A stretch of 30,706 nucleotides of DNA from Candidatus Peribacteria bacterium (lineage in GTDB: Bacteria > Patescibacteriota > Gracilibacteria > Peribacterales > Peribacteraceae). The position numbers and the translations under genes were made by a program. Positions 1-9,098 of this stretch are shown piece by piece; within the stretch, counting starts at the first letter, position 1; every line of letters starts with the position of its first letter. The stretch is from the NCBI GenBank assembly GCA_041691135.1, contig JBEPVF010000015.1, positions 1 through 30,706 on the forward strand, given 5' to 3'. Under the pieces are notes generated by a model. That model was given only the letters and a program-made list of their open reading frames with translations, ran no database searches and was not told the DNA's origin.

Positions 1-133
1 TGATCGCGCCGGTGGTCAGCATCTCCGTATAAAGCCGCGCACGCCGCGTCAGGTGGCGATGGAAGACGCGGCAATGCCGGTCGGTCCAATCCATCATGGG
101 CGCAATGCTGAAGCGGCGGCCTAAGTCATTCAT
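1..133 (-). CDS. dusA: tRNA-dihydrouridine(20/20a) synthase DusA, 5' part (continues beyond the window's left edge)
   Basis: Not in the ORF track. Manual translation from ATG at 133: [44 protein letters not shown], containing the DusA motifs [12 protein letters not shown] and LYTEM. Confidence 0.93.
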   Translation of the reverse strand, partial: MNDLGRRFSIAPMMDWTDRHCRVFHRHLTRRARLYTEMLTTGAI

Positions 134-151
134 ATAACTAATCTTTTTTAC

Positions 152-188
152 TGTCTGTCGGTCCAATATCCTGTTGGACCGACAGACA
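152..188. repeat. Perfect 15-bp inverted repeat with 7-nt spacer upstream of dusA
   Basis: TGTCTGTCGGTCCAA (152-166), tatcctg, TTGGACCGACAGACA (174-188). GTCGGTCCAAT at 157-167 is identical to dusA 80-90. Confidence 0.85.
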
Positions 189-307
189 AATTAGCCCGCA
201 GTTTATAGCCAACAGCCGCATCTTCTACGATTTTGTTGGCGTGATTGGTGCCCTTCTGAGCGACTTTTGCTTGCGGGTGCACACGTGGAGCACACGGCAC
301 ACGGGCA

Positions 308-430
308 TATCATCTGCATAAACTCGCGCATGGCCGGCGCGCTCTCCGCTGGGGCCATCGAGTCAACGAGTAAATGGAGCGACAGGATCATCAACGCGCC
401 CGCGATATTGACCAGAACCAGGCTTCCCAC
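308..430 (-). pseudogene. Na/Pi cotransporter (YjbB-like) remnant, internally deleted and truncated
   Basis: GGAGG RBS and GTG start. MGSLVLVNIAGA resembles the family N-terminus and is joined directly to LMILSLHLLVDSMAPAESAPAMREFMQMI, which resembles an internal segment (recognised from memory). It lies just downstream of the phnY remnant. Confidence 0.5.
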
Positions 431-494
431 TCTTACGCCTCCAGTCGAGGTGCCATCGATGCCGGCGGTTCGCTACGAATCGCCGGCATGGAGT

Positions 495-800
495 TCATGC
501 TGCCCACGGCAACGAGAACGTCTTCAGGTTGGTGTATGCCTTCATTGCTTCGACAACGCCTTCCTTGGTACCGTTGCCGGAGTCTTCGATGCCGCCGAAA
601 GGAGACATCTCAGTGCGATAGCCCGGTACTTCCCAGATATTGACGGTGCCGACCTTGAGTTCGTCTATGAAACTTGTCGCATGATCGAGCCGGTTGGTGC
701 AGACACCGGAGGAAAGCCCAAACCCTGTGCCATTCGATGTCGCGATAAGAATATCGATGCCATGACAGCGAATGATCGGAATGACCGGACCGAAGGTCTC
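495..800 (-). pseudogene. phnY: Aldehyde dehydrogenase C-terminal remnant, PhnY (phosphonoacetaldehyde dehydrogenase)-like
   Basis: Manual translation: [12 protein letters not shown]...[18 protein letters not shown]...[52 protein letters not shown]. No start codon between this segment and the in-frame stop at 897-899; the N-terminal three quarters are missing. The 267..1010 + ORF is largely its antisense. Confidence 0.8.
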
Positions 801-1160
801 TGCCGGCGAGGGCTCGAAGGCCCCTGCTCCGAATTTATGGCTATTACGCGTGGAGCTCCTATTGGGCTTGCAGCTAATACGCGAGCGGCTACGGCTTTAT
901 GGGTTCCGGGATCGCTTCATCGCTACGCGACTTACAGAGCAGCAACACGTCGCAACGCGTCGTCAGGCAAGAATGTCGAAAAACGGAAGATATTGTATGG
1001 CCGGCGGTGAGCGTGGAGTAACCCAGCAATCTAGCTTCTCGACGGCAAGCAGAGGGACAGACCCCATATGTCGAATCCGACATACGACAGCCGGTGAATT
1101 CCGGAGTCCCCCACCCGTAACGCGTTGACGATTTGCCAGCTAGTCGAAGGTACGGTTCAA

Positions 1161-1323
1161 ATGCCGGATGCCGAGCTCACGAGACCGACGATATCCGGAA
1201 GCTCGCGAAGAATGCTGGCACGTCTACTTCGGCGACGTGCGCGCCGGCACGCTCGCCAACCGCTCGGGCGATCCACACGACATCAATCCGTGGGAATGGC
1301 ATTGCGGCTTCTATCCGGATCCC
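1161..1323 (+). pseudogene. Truncated Bradyrhizobiaceae-type conserved hypothetical protein
   Basis: RRYPEAREECWHVYFGDVRAGTL...DINPWEWHCGFYP resembles a hypothetical family that I recall from these genomes. Similarity ends at about 1320, where it collides with the amylase 3' end. Confidence 0.5.
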
Positions 1324-2710
1324 GTCCGGACGGCAGGCATTCGTCAGCTTGCTTCGCAAGTATCCCCCAACCATGAGGCGGTAGCGTAATCTCGGTTGCC
1401 GTTCCCTTTCGGCGGACCGCGATGTCCCCGGCCAGCCTGGCTATGGCGGTAGGGATCGCGCGCACGATCGGCGCGTCGGCTAGATTCAGCATAATCCACA
1501 GCCGATTTTCCTCGTGGAATGCCTCGAACGTGAAGTCGGTGTTGTGAAGTTCCGTTACTCTGGTACGCGCTCTGTGAAGCCACGAATGCCGTCGCCGCAA
1601 CCCGATCAGCTGTTGATGAAGCCGGTAGGTCGGCCAGCCGAACGGCGCTAGATCCCCTGACATGGCGGGAAACGCCGGACGGATCGCGTCGTCGCCTCCA
1701 ATCCGCGACTCCTTGATGCCCCGAAACCCTTGTTCGTCGCCGGCATAGATCGACGGCAAGCCGCCGCATGTCATCAAGACGACCAGCGCGTGGGCAAGGT
1801 GACGTTCATCAACCAGCTGGCTGGCGATACGCGTGACGTCGTGATTACCAATAAATGTCTGCGGCACGAACGTATCGAGCATCGCATTGTGCCGCCCCAT
1901 CGCCCAAGCGAGCTCAAAAAAGTTGCGCTCGTTCAGCGCGCTCCAGATCGCTTTCCATAATTCATATTGCGTAACCGAATCGACGCCAGTCTCGCGAACG
2001 AATCCGGCATAGTCACCGTGGATCACCTCACCAAAAATATAGGCGTCCGGATGGCGCGCCCGGACCGCGGGCAAGACGCCGGCCCAGAACCGCTTCGGAA
2101 CCGCATAGGCCGCATCGAGCCGCCAGCCATCGGCGCCATGATCAAGCCAATGGGTCATTACACGCGTGACATAATCGGCGACGGCGGGCTCGGCATGATT
2201 GAGGGATATGAGCTGGCGATGGCCTTCAAACGTCGCATAATCAGGTGCTTCATCCGAAGCGCCGTCCGCTGGCTGGGTCAGGCAAAACCACGCGGCTTCC
2301 GGTGAAGATGGGCCATCGGCGAGTGCGCGCTGGAACAGCGGATGTTCGCGGCCGACATGATTGAACACGCCATCGAGAATGATACGCAACCCGCGATCAT
2401 GAGCCGCCTTGATGAGCACGTCGAAATCGACTTCGTCGCCGAGCCGCTTGTCGATCTGAAAATAATCAATCGTGTCGTAACCGTGGGTGGATGAGGCAAA
2501 GATCGGCCCAAGCAAAATGCCGGAGACGCCGAGATTGACTGCGTAGTCTAACCAACCAACAAGATGATCGAAACGATGCATCACGCCAGCGCAAGCGGAA
2601 ACCTCGCGCTCGGCTCCAACGAAGCCGAGCGGGTAGACCTGCCACCAGATCGCCCGCTCGACCCAGTTTCGCAGGCGCTCCCGCGGAGAATGTTCACTCC
2701 TCAAGCCCAT
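1283..2710 (-). CDS. Alpha-amylase family GH13 (cyclomaltodextrinase/neopullulanase-like)
   Basis: Motifs HGYDT, LDGVFNH, DGWRLDAAY (nucleophile), GEVIHG and FIGNHD. Confidence 0.9.
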   Translation of the reverse strand: MGLRSEHSPRERLRNWVERAIWWQVYPLGFVGAEREVSACAGVMHRFDHLVGWLDYAVNLGVSGILLGPIFASSTHGYDTIDYFQIDKRLGDEVDFDVLIKAAHDRGLRIILDGVFNHVGREHPLFQRALADGPSSPEAAWFCLTQPADGASDEAPDYATFEGHRQLISLNHAEPAVADYVTRVMTHWLDHGADGWRLDAAYAVPKRFWAGVLPAVRARHPDAYIFGEVIHGDYAGFVRETGVDSVTQYELWKAIWSALNERNFFELAWAMGRHNAMLDTFVPQTFIGNHDVTRIASQLVDERHLAHALVVLMTCGGLPSIYAGDEQGFRGIKESRIGGDDAIRPAFPAMSGDLAPFGWPTYRLHQQLIGLRRRHSWLHRARTRVTELHNTDFTFEAFHEENRLWIMLNLADAPIVRAIPTAIARLAGDIAVRRKGTATEITLPPHGWGILAKQADECLPSGRDPDRSRNAIPTD

Positions 2711-2859
2711 TACCGCCTTTCACGGGGCACGAACGGTGCCCGCTTCCCCTCTTCGACTGACTTTTCCTAATTGCCTTCATGGCGTTGCTACCGATACCTG
2801 TAACGATCTGCCCCCTCGGCCGATTCACCGGCGGCATGCCCGTCACCCAAGAAGCTGCT

Positions 2860-4029
2860 TTAGTCGAGGGTGCGGCGGAAACGCGTCACCGCCACCGTCA
2901 TCGCCAACAGCATTAAGACCAGCAAGGCAATTGAATCGTATTGCAGGTTTTGCAGGGTCGCGCCCTTTAGCATGATGCCACGAACGATCCTTAAGTAATG
3001 CGTCAGCGGCAAGCCCTCCCCGATATATTGCGCCCAGACTGGCATGCCCGCAAATGGAAACATGAAGCCAGATAACAGAATGCTCGGCAGGAAAAACATG
3101 ATGGACATTTGCATCGCCTGCAGCTGGTTTTTTGCAATGGTAGAAAAGGTGTAACCGATCGCAAGGTTGGCGGTAATGAACAACGCGCTGAGCGCCGCGA
3201 GTAACGTCAAGCTGCCCAATACCGGTACCCCGAACAGCACCACGCCGATGCCGATGATCAGCATAGCCTGAACGAAGCCGACCAGTACGTAGGGCACGAT
3301 TTTGCCAAGCATCACCTCGACTGGAGTGATTGGCATCGACAGCAAGTTTTCCATGGTCCCACGCTCGATCTCGCGCGTCACTGAAAGTGCTGTGAAGATC
3401 AACATGGTCATGGTCAGAATGGTACCAGCCAGGCCTGGAACGATATTCAACCGCGAGGACGACGCGGGGTTGTAACGGGCGTGGACCCGGATTTCGAACG
3501 GCTGGGATGCAGGATCGCCTACAAACAGGTCGTGCGCCAGCGCGGTCTGCACAATGACGCCTAGCGCCGACAGCGCCGCACCGGCCGCTACCGGATCGGT
3601 GGCGTCGGCTGCGACCAAAAGCGCTGGATCATCGCCGCGTCGCACCGCGCGCTCGAAGCCGCGCGGGATTTCCACGCCGAACAGAACCTTGCCCGACAGC
3701 AGCAGATTGTCGAACTCCTTGACGTCGTGCACCTCTCGGGTGAAGTGGAAATAGGCGGTGTTTTGCAGCGCCTTGAGAACCGAGCGTGCAAGGTCGCTGT
3801 CTTCCTGCAAAAGCACCGCCGTGGGTAGGTTGCGCGGCGTGGTGTTGATGGCGTAGCCGAACAGCAATAGCTGCATGACCGGAATCATCACGATCATCGC
3901 AAAGGATACCCGATCGCGCCGGAGCTGGATGAACTCCTTGACCATCATCGCATAGCAGCGCCGCCAGAAGCCGAATCGTCTCTCGGGAATTACGGAGGAG
4001 ACCAGGTCGGCACCGTCTGCAGCGCTCAT
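2860..4029 (-). CDS. ABC-2 type exporter permease (YbhR/YbhS-like)
   Basis: KEFIQLRRDR, REIERGTMENLL, LSGFMFPF, PLTHYLRIVRG; multiple TM segments; ATGA overlap with the ATPase gene. Confidence 0.9.
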   Translation of the reverse strand: MSAADGADLVSSVIPERRFGFWRRCYAMMVKEFIQLRRDRVSFAMIVMIPVMQLLLFGYAINTTPRNLPTAVLLQEDSDLARSVLKALQNTAYFHFTREVHDVKEFDNLLLSGKVLFGVEIPRGFERAVRRGDDPALLVAADATDPVAAGAALSALGVIVQTALAHDLFVGDPASQPFEIRVHARYNPASSSRLNIVPGLAGTILTMTMLIFTALSVTREIERGTMENLLSMPITPVEVMLGKIVPYVLVGFVQAMLIIGIGVVLFGVPVLGSLTLLAALSALFITANLAIGYTFSTIAKNQLQAMQMSIMFFLPSILLSGFMFPFAGMPVWAQYIGEGLPLTHYLRIVRGIMLKGATLQNLQYDSIALLVLMLLAMTVAVTRFRRTLD

Positions 4030-4973
4030 TGGAAATTATCTTTGGAGCGGGTCATCAGTTCGATGAAGACATCCTCGAGCGATGGCTCGCTGTGCTGCCA
4101 GTGCACGCCGTGTTGTTCGCGCCAAGGCGCAATCGTGGCCTCGAGCGCTGACCTGTCTCGGCCGGACACATGCAGGCTGGTGCCGAACGGCGCTACCATG
4201 TCGATGCCGGGCTTACCGGTAAGGGCAGCCGAGATCGTAGTTAGACTATCGCCGGTAACGGTATAGGTGATCAGTGCTGATTTTGCTATCACCTCGTCAA
4301 CGGTTCCGTGAACCAGCAGATGGCCATGAGCAATATAAGCGATCTCATGGCAGCGCTCCGCCTCGTCCATGTAATGGGTGGAAACCAGTACCGTCAGCCC
4401 TTGCACCGCCATCGCGTGGATCTCGTTCCAGAAATCCCGTCGCGCCTTGGGATCGACCCCGGCAGTCGGTTCGTCCAGCAGCAATAATTTCGGATTGGAC
4501 AATGTGCAGGCGCCGAGTGCAAGGCGCTGCTTCCAGCCGCCGGAGAGTTCGCCCGCGAGCTGCCCCTCGCGGCCATTGAGATCAAGCCGCTTGATCATCT
4601 CGCGCGCCGTGGCTCGCGCATCGCGAACGCCATATAGCCTTGCGACGAACTCAAGGTTTTCGCGCACCGAAAGATCCTGATAGAGAGAAAAGCGCTGGGT
4701 CATGTAACCGACCTGGCGCTTGATCTTGTTGGCGTCGCGGCGAATGTCGTACCCGAGGCAAGTACCTTCGCCGCTATCAGGGGTCAGCAATCCGCAGAGC
4801 ATGCGGATGGTGGTGGTCTTTCCGGAGCCGTTGGGGCCAAGAAATCCGTAGATCGTTCCACGTCTGACTTGCATCGATAGGTCATGCACCACCTCACGCC
4901 CGCCAAAGGACTTTGACAATCCATGGACGTCAATCGCGATATCAGCCTTGGAAAATGTCGCCGCGGTCATCAC
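4026..4973 (-). CDS. ABC transporter ATP-binding protein (YbhF-like)
   Basis: Walker A GPNGSGKT, signature LSGGWKQ, Walker B LLLLDEP, STHYMDEAE. Confidence 0.92.
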   Translation of the reverse strand: MMTAATFSKADIAIDVHGLSKSFGGREVVHDLSMQVRRGTIYGFLGPNGSGKTTTIRMLCGLLTPDSGEGTCLGYDIRRDANKIKRQVGYMTQRFSLYQDLSVRENLEFVARLYGVRDARATAREMIKRLDLNGREGQLAGELSGGWKQRLALGACTLSNPKLLLLDEPTAGVDPKARRDFWNEIHAMAVQGLTVLVSTHYMDEAERCHEIAYIAHGHLLVHGTVDEVIAKSALITYTVTGDSLTTISAALTGKPGIDMVAPFGTSLHVSGRDRSALEATIAPWREQHGVHWQHSEPSLEDVFIELMTRSKDNFQ

Positions 4974-5734
4974 CGGGCCGCCAGCGGCGTCTTGAGATTG
5001 AGGTAAACGCTGATCGGCTGGCCTACGCGCAAGGACGCGGACCGCGAGGGCCGTGCCTGGATCAGATAGACGAGCTTGCTCCGCTCATCGAGGCTGTAGA
5101 TCACCGGCGGGGTGTATTCGGCCGAAGCGGCGATGAAATAAATTCGTGCGGTGAGACCAGAAGCGCAGTTATCGCAGGTGATGCGGATTTCGTCACCGAT
5201 CGTAATCTTGGGTAAGTCCGGTTCCGCGACGTAAAATCGCACTTTTATGTTGCCTGGCGGCATGATCGAGAGCACCGGCCGCATTGCCGGCACCGTCTCG
5301 CCAACGCGAAAGTATATCTGCTGAACGGCGCCACTCACTGGCGCGTAGCCGATGCGCCTCGCCAACCGGGTCTTTGAGGTATTGACCTGCGCGTCGGCCA
5401 CCCGTAGCGCCGCGACGGCGGCGTCGAGAGTAGCCTGGGTACCGGCGCCGGTCTTGCTCAGGGAGGCGGCGCGCTCGTAGCTCTGCTGGGCGTTGGCCAG
5501 TTTGGCGGTGCTCTGGTTGAGATTGGCTTGTTGCAAGTCATCGTCCACGGCGTAGAGTTCTTCGCCGGCCTTGACCTCGTCGCCCTCACGTACGTTGAGC
5601 TTTGTCACCCGACCGGACTCGTCGGGGCTAACAAAAATCACATCGGCTTCGACCCAGCCCTGATAGCCGGGATCACGATGGCCATCGCAACCGGATACCG
5701 CCACGGCGACGGCCAACCCAGCCAGCGTTCTCAT
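4970..5734 (-). CDS. HlyD/YbhG-family membrane fusion protein (possible lipoprotein)
   Basis: YQGWVEAD, V.EGDEV and AEYTPPVIYS motifs. Likely start MRTLAGLAVAVAVSGC (lipobox-like); the ORF track extends to 5818. Confidence 0.85.
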   Translation of the reverse strand: MRTLAGLAVAVAVSGCDGHRDPGYQGWVEADVIFVSPDESGRVTKLNVREGDEVKAGEELYAVDDDLQQANLNQSTAKLANAQQSYERAASLSKTGAGTQATLDAAVAALRVADAQVNTSKTRLARRIGYAPVSGAVQQIYFRVGETVPAMRPVLSIMPPGNIKVRFYVAEPDLPKITIGDEIRITCDNCASGLTARIYFIAASAEYTPPVIYSLDERSKLVYLIQARPSRSASLRVGQPISVYLNLKTPLAAR

Positions 5735-5976
5735 CGCTTTTTGCACTGGGCCCTTCTCACTCAGCGACCCCGTCAAGCTCTCTTGGCATGTATCGTCTGC
5801 GAAACTACAAACATTCATTTGACCAATATATGCGGCGTTTAGCTAACGGAGGGCTCTCCCAGAAAGAGCGGTCAGCGCGATGCATCCAGATGCGGAGTCA
5901 TCCGACCCTCCTTCAAGAAAGATGTGCCGACTATGCGTTGCCGCCTCGGTAGCGAACGCAAGACCGGCAAGAAAGG

Positions 5977-5992
5977 CTCGGAAACTACCTAG
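5977..5992 (-). promoter_or_regulatory. FixJ-like box copy 1 (upstream of the hlyD-ABC-amylase operon)
   Basis: CTAGGTAGTTTCCGAG on the minus strand; -10-like gcTACCGA 25 bp downstream (5946-5951). Confidence 0.75.
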
Positions 5993-6192
5993 ACGCCGGG
6001 GGTCGCACCGTCTCCGTTCCAATCCATGGCCGATGTCCGATTTGTCTCCGTGAGGTGGCATCGAGCGGGAACGTAAATGGCAACCGATCGTTCTCGTCGG
6101 TTGATCCGCATCCGCCTCCAGTCGCTCATAGACCATCCCCTCCGGTCGGTGACCGCCCAGCCAAACCGCTTGCATTGACAGAGAGACTCCAG

Positions 6193-6393
6193 ATGAGCAA
6201 AGAAAATTCGCTATCGCGGCCTGAGCTCGACGATCGCATCGCGATACTTGAAGATAATCTTAGGCAATTGGTGGAACAGGCAGCGGGGGCCTCCGGTGGC
6301 CAGACCGAGGAACGCAACGCAGATCGTATCGCGCAGCAGCAGGAAGAACTCGATCGACTGAATAAGGAGCGCGACGCCCGGTTGAAGCAATAG
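6193..6393 (+). CDS. Small coiled-coil hypothetical protein (66 aa)
   Basis: ATG at 6193 after GAGAGA. MSKENSLSRPELDDRIAILEDNLRQLVEQAAG...RIAQQQEELDRL has a two-helix heptad pattern. Confidence 0.7.
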   Translation: MSKENSLSRPELDDRIAILEDNLRQLVEQAAGASGGQTEERNADRIAQQQEELDRLNKERDARLKQ

Positions 6394-6471
6394 CCCAGTC
6401 ATGGCGAACAAGCGCAGCGGCCTTCATTTGGCAGCGGATTTACTCTTCCCGGACCTTGCCTGGCAGTGGCC

Positions 6472-7437
6472 ATGGCCTCCATCAAGGTAATCTCAAGGCT
6501 TTCGTCCCGCCGTGTTATCTACGCGGCGATCTTGGGAGATTTGCTGATCGGCCTGGCAAAGCTGATCGCAGCGTCATGGACGGGAAGCTCATCCCTGCTC
6601 AGCGAGGGCGTGCATTCTATCGTCGATACCGGAAACGGCTTCCTGCTGCTTTACGGATTACACCGAGCTGCAGTTCGGCCGGACATCGAACATCCCCTCG
6701 GATATGGCCGGGAAATCTATTTCTGGAGCTTCGTGGTCGCGGTATTGCTGTTCGCATTCGGCGCCGGCGTCTCACTCTATCAAGGCATGCTCCATGTCTT
6801 GAACCCCGAACCGGTTCAGCACGTAATGGCCAGCTACGCGGTTCTCGGTATCTCCGCGCTGTTCGACGGCACGACATGGTGGCCCGCGCTGCGTAACTTT
6901 CGCGGCGAACGGCGCTATTCCGAGATTATCGACGCCATAGGGGAAAGCAAGGACCCGCCGTCCTTCATGGTGCTGTTCGAGGATAGCGCGGCGCTGGCCG
7001 GCATTCTGGTTGCTTTCATTGGTATCTTTCTATCAGTTCATTTGGATCTTCCGCTGCTGGATGGGGTTGGTTCTCTCGTGATCGGGCTGATACTCGGCGC
7101 AACGGCATGGCTACTGGCAAAGGAGACCAAGAGCCTTCTGATCGGTGAACGCGCCGATCCGAGTATCGTCGATTCCATCCTGCTCGTTGCCGCGCAGATC
7201 GACGGCGTCACCCACGCCAACGGCGTTTTGACGGTGCACCTTGCGCCCCAGGAAATGCTAGTCGCGCTCAGCCTGGAATTTGCCGACGAATTGAGAACGC
7301 CCCAAATCGAGGCCAAGGTGATCGAGCTCGAGCGATGCTTACGGCTATCTCATCCGGAAGTCGTTGCGGTCTTCGTCAAGCCGCAAAGCCCCGAAGGCTT
7401 CAAAGAAACCGCGGCGCGGCGTTTCGGCAAGTCATAA
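6472..7437 (+). CDS. Cation diffusion facilitator (CDF) family transporter
   Basis: SEGVHSIVD (HxxxD), HPLGYGRE, LFEDSAA; six TM segments plus a C-terminal domain. Alternative GTG start at 6466. Confidence 0.9.
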   Translation: MASIKVISRLSSRRVIYAAILGDLLIGLAKLIAASWTGSSSLLSEGVHSIVDTGNGFLLLYGLHRAAVRPDIEHPLGYGREIYFWSFVVAVLLFAFGAGVSLYQGMLHVLNPEPVQHVMASYAVLGISALFDGTTWWPALRNFRGERRYSEIIDAIGESKDPPSFMVLFEDSAALAGILVAFIGIFLSVHLDLPLLDGVGSLVIGLILGATAWLLAKETKSLLIGERADPSIVDSILLVAAQIDGVTHANGVLTVHLAPQEMLVALSLEFADELRTPQIEAKVIELERCLRLSHPEVVAVFVKPQSPEGFKETAARRFGKS

Positions 7438-7451
7438 CGCCGCTAATCCGA

Positions 7452-8153
7452 TCAGATGCGCGCACCGAAAATTGCACCGATAGCGGCGGTCACCGCCATC
7501 GCAAGCGCACCCCAAAAAGCCACGCGGATCGCTGCCTTCGCCATCCTGGCTCCGCCCGCTCTGGCGCCAACGGCCCCCAGCACAACAAGAAACACCAGAG
7601 AGGCAACCGAAACGGTCGCGGCCTCGAACCCTGTCGGTGTAACCAGCACAATCAACAAAGGAGGCGCCCCACCCGCCGAGAATGCCGCCGCGGATGCCAG
7701 CGCCGCCTGGACCGGCCGGGCCGCATTCATGTCAGAAATTCCCAGCTCGTCACGGGTATGCGCGCCGAGTGCATCATGCAGCATCAACTGCTCTGCCACC
7801 TTGATGGCAAGCACCGTGTCCAGACCGCGCTTGACGTAGATGCCAGCCAGTTCCCTGGTCTCACCGGCGCGATCATCAAGCAGTTCCTTGCTTTCGCGCG
7901 CAATATCTGACCGCTCGGAATCCGATTGCGAGCTTACCGATACGTACTCTCCTGACGCCATCGACATCGCACCGGCAACCAGCCCCGAGACACCCGCTAT
8001 TAATACGCTTTGATGGGTGCCATGCGCACTCGCGACGCCGATGATCAGGCTGGATGTCGAAAGAATTCCGTCATTAGCTCCAAGAACGGCCGCCCTGAGC
8101 CAGCCAGGACGGTTAATCGCATGACCTTCCGCGTGTATTGCGAGGCGAGCCAT
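7452..8153 (-). CDS. VIT1/CCC1 family Fe2+/Mn2+ transporter
   Basis: WLRAAVLGANDG, GAMSMASGEYVSV, HTRDELG; AAGGA RBS before ATG 8153. Confidence 0.92.
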   Translation of the reverse strand: MARLAIHAEGHAINRPGWLRAAVLGANDGILSTSSLIIGVASAHGTHQSVLIAGVSGLVAGAMSMASGEYVSVSSQSDSERSDIARESKELLDDRAGETRELAGIYVKRGLDTVLAIKVAEQLMLHDALGAHTRDELGISDMNAARPVQAALASAAAFSAGGAPPLLIVLVTPTGFEAATVSVASLVFLVVLGAVGARAGGARMAKAAIRVAFWGALAMAVTAAIGAIFGARI

Positions 8154-8244
8154 CTTTGTTTCCTTCCGCGCCGGCGCCATGGCCGGCAGTGACGCGGGGC
8201 AATCAGATGGCTCCGCTCGCGAACGTGATCGCCACATCATGCGA

Positions 8245-8826
8245 CTGATTCATGACACACTCTGTGTAGCGGCACGCGAAGCAGCCGGACACGAGGCGAG
8301 TCCCACGATTGCAATCATCGATGCCCAATGCAGAAAGGCCGCGCAAAAGGGACTCTGCTCTCGACCCGCAGGGCTTTGATGCGTGCAAGAAGATTACGGA
8401 TCCGCGGGCGCCATATCGGCATCGACACGCTCGGCCTCTTGATTGGCGTGAGCGTCCATGCCGCAGATATTCAGGAAAGGGACGGCGCGGATGATCTACT
8501 ACGCCGTGCGCGGCGGCGCTTTCGCTTCGTGGAGCGGATTTTCGCCGACGGCGGCTATTAGGGACCCAAAATGGCGAAGACCGTCGCCGCGACGGAAAGA
8601 TGGAGATCGTCAAGCGTTCCGATCTCCATCGCGTCGTCGGGCTGCCCAAGCGCTGGATTGTCGAACGCACTATCGCCTGGACCAGCTGTAATCGTCGCCT
8701 GATGCGCGCTTTCGAGCGCGAGGACCGTCGCAGCCTCGTCCGCTCGCCGTGATTCGCATCATGCTCAGGCAGATCACACGCTCAACCCAATGCTCTTGAA
8801 TCCAATTTTTCTTGGATCGATTCTTA
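8245..8826 (+). mobile_element. Degenerate IS5-family transposase remnant (3' part and probable right end)
   Basis: Across frameshifts and stops: EASPTIAIID, GFDACKKI, RHIGIDTLGLLIGVSVHAADIQERDGA, IFADGGY*, LPKRWIVERTIAW. The 5' part is missing; the remnant ends near ...GGATCGATTCTTA. Confidence 0.85.
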
Positions 8827-9000
8827 GGGCTTTTTCAATTTCGTTTTACCAAAAGCCGCCTCGACGTCATCAGCTTTTATGCGGACAGAGGGATCTCCGG
8901 TCTGATTCAAATTCTGCTCTTCGGTACCGTCACCCATCATTCCAGGGTGGGCTATCTTGGCCGATTTGTTTGTTGCCTTTACGGCTGGCTTATTTTTCAC
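8824..9000 (-). CDS. Small hydrophilic hypothetical protein (58 aa)
   Basis: AAGGAG RBS and GTG at 9000: MKNKPAVKATNKSAKIAHPGMMGDGTEEQNLNQTGDPSVRIKADDVEAAFGKTKLKKP. Has its own motif-containing promoter. Confidence 0.65.
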   Translation of the reverse strand: MKNKPAVKATNKSAKIAHPGMMGDGTEEQNLNQTGDPSVRIKADDVEAAFGKTKLKKP

Positions 9001-9082
9001 GTGGATCTCCTTGTGTATTTGCGACGATGCTTCCGCTCTGTCCAACGATCACGTTAGCAGTGAGCAAGTATGCCGAGTCAGG

Positions 9083-9098
9083 GTCGGAAACTACTCAG
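9083..9098 (-). promoter_or_regulatory. FixJ-like box copy 2 (upstream of the 58-aa ORF / VIT1)
   Basis: CTGAGTAGTTTCCGAC; -10-like gcTAACGT 26 bp downstream (9051-9056). Confidence 0.75.

Noticed and set aside
267-1010. 247-aa + strand ORF
   Set aside because: Largely the antisense of the phnY and Na/Pi remnants; no recognisable family.
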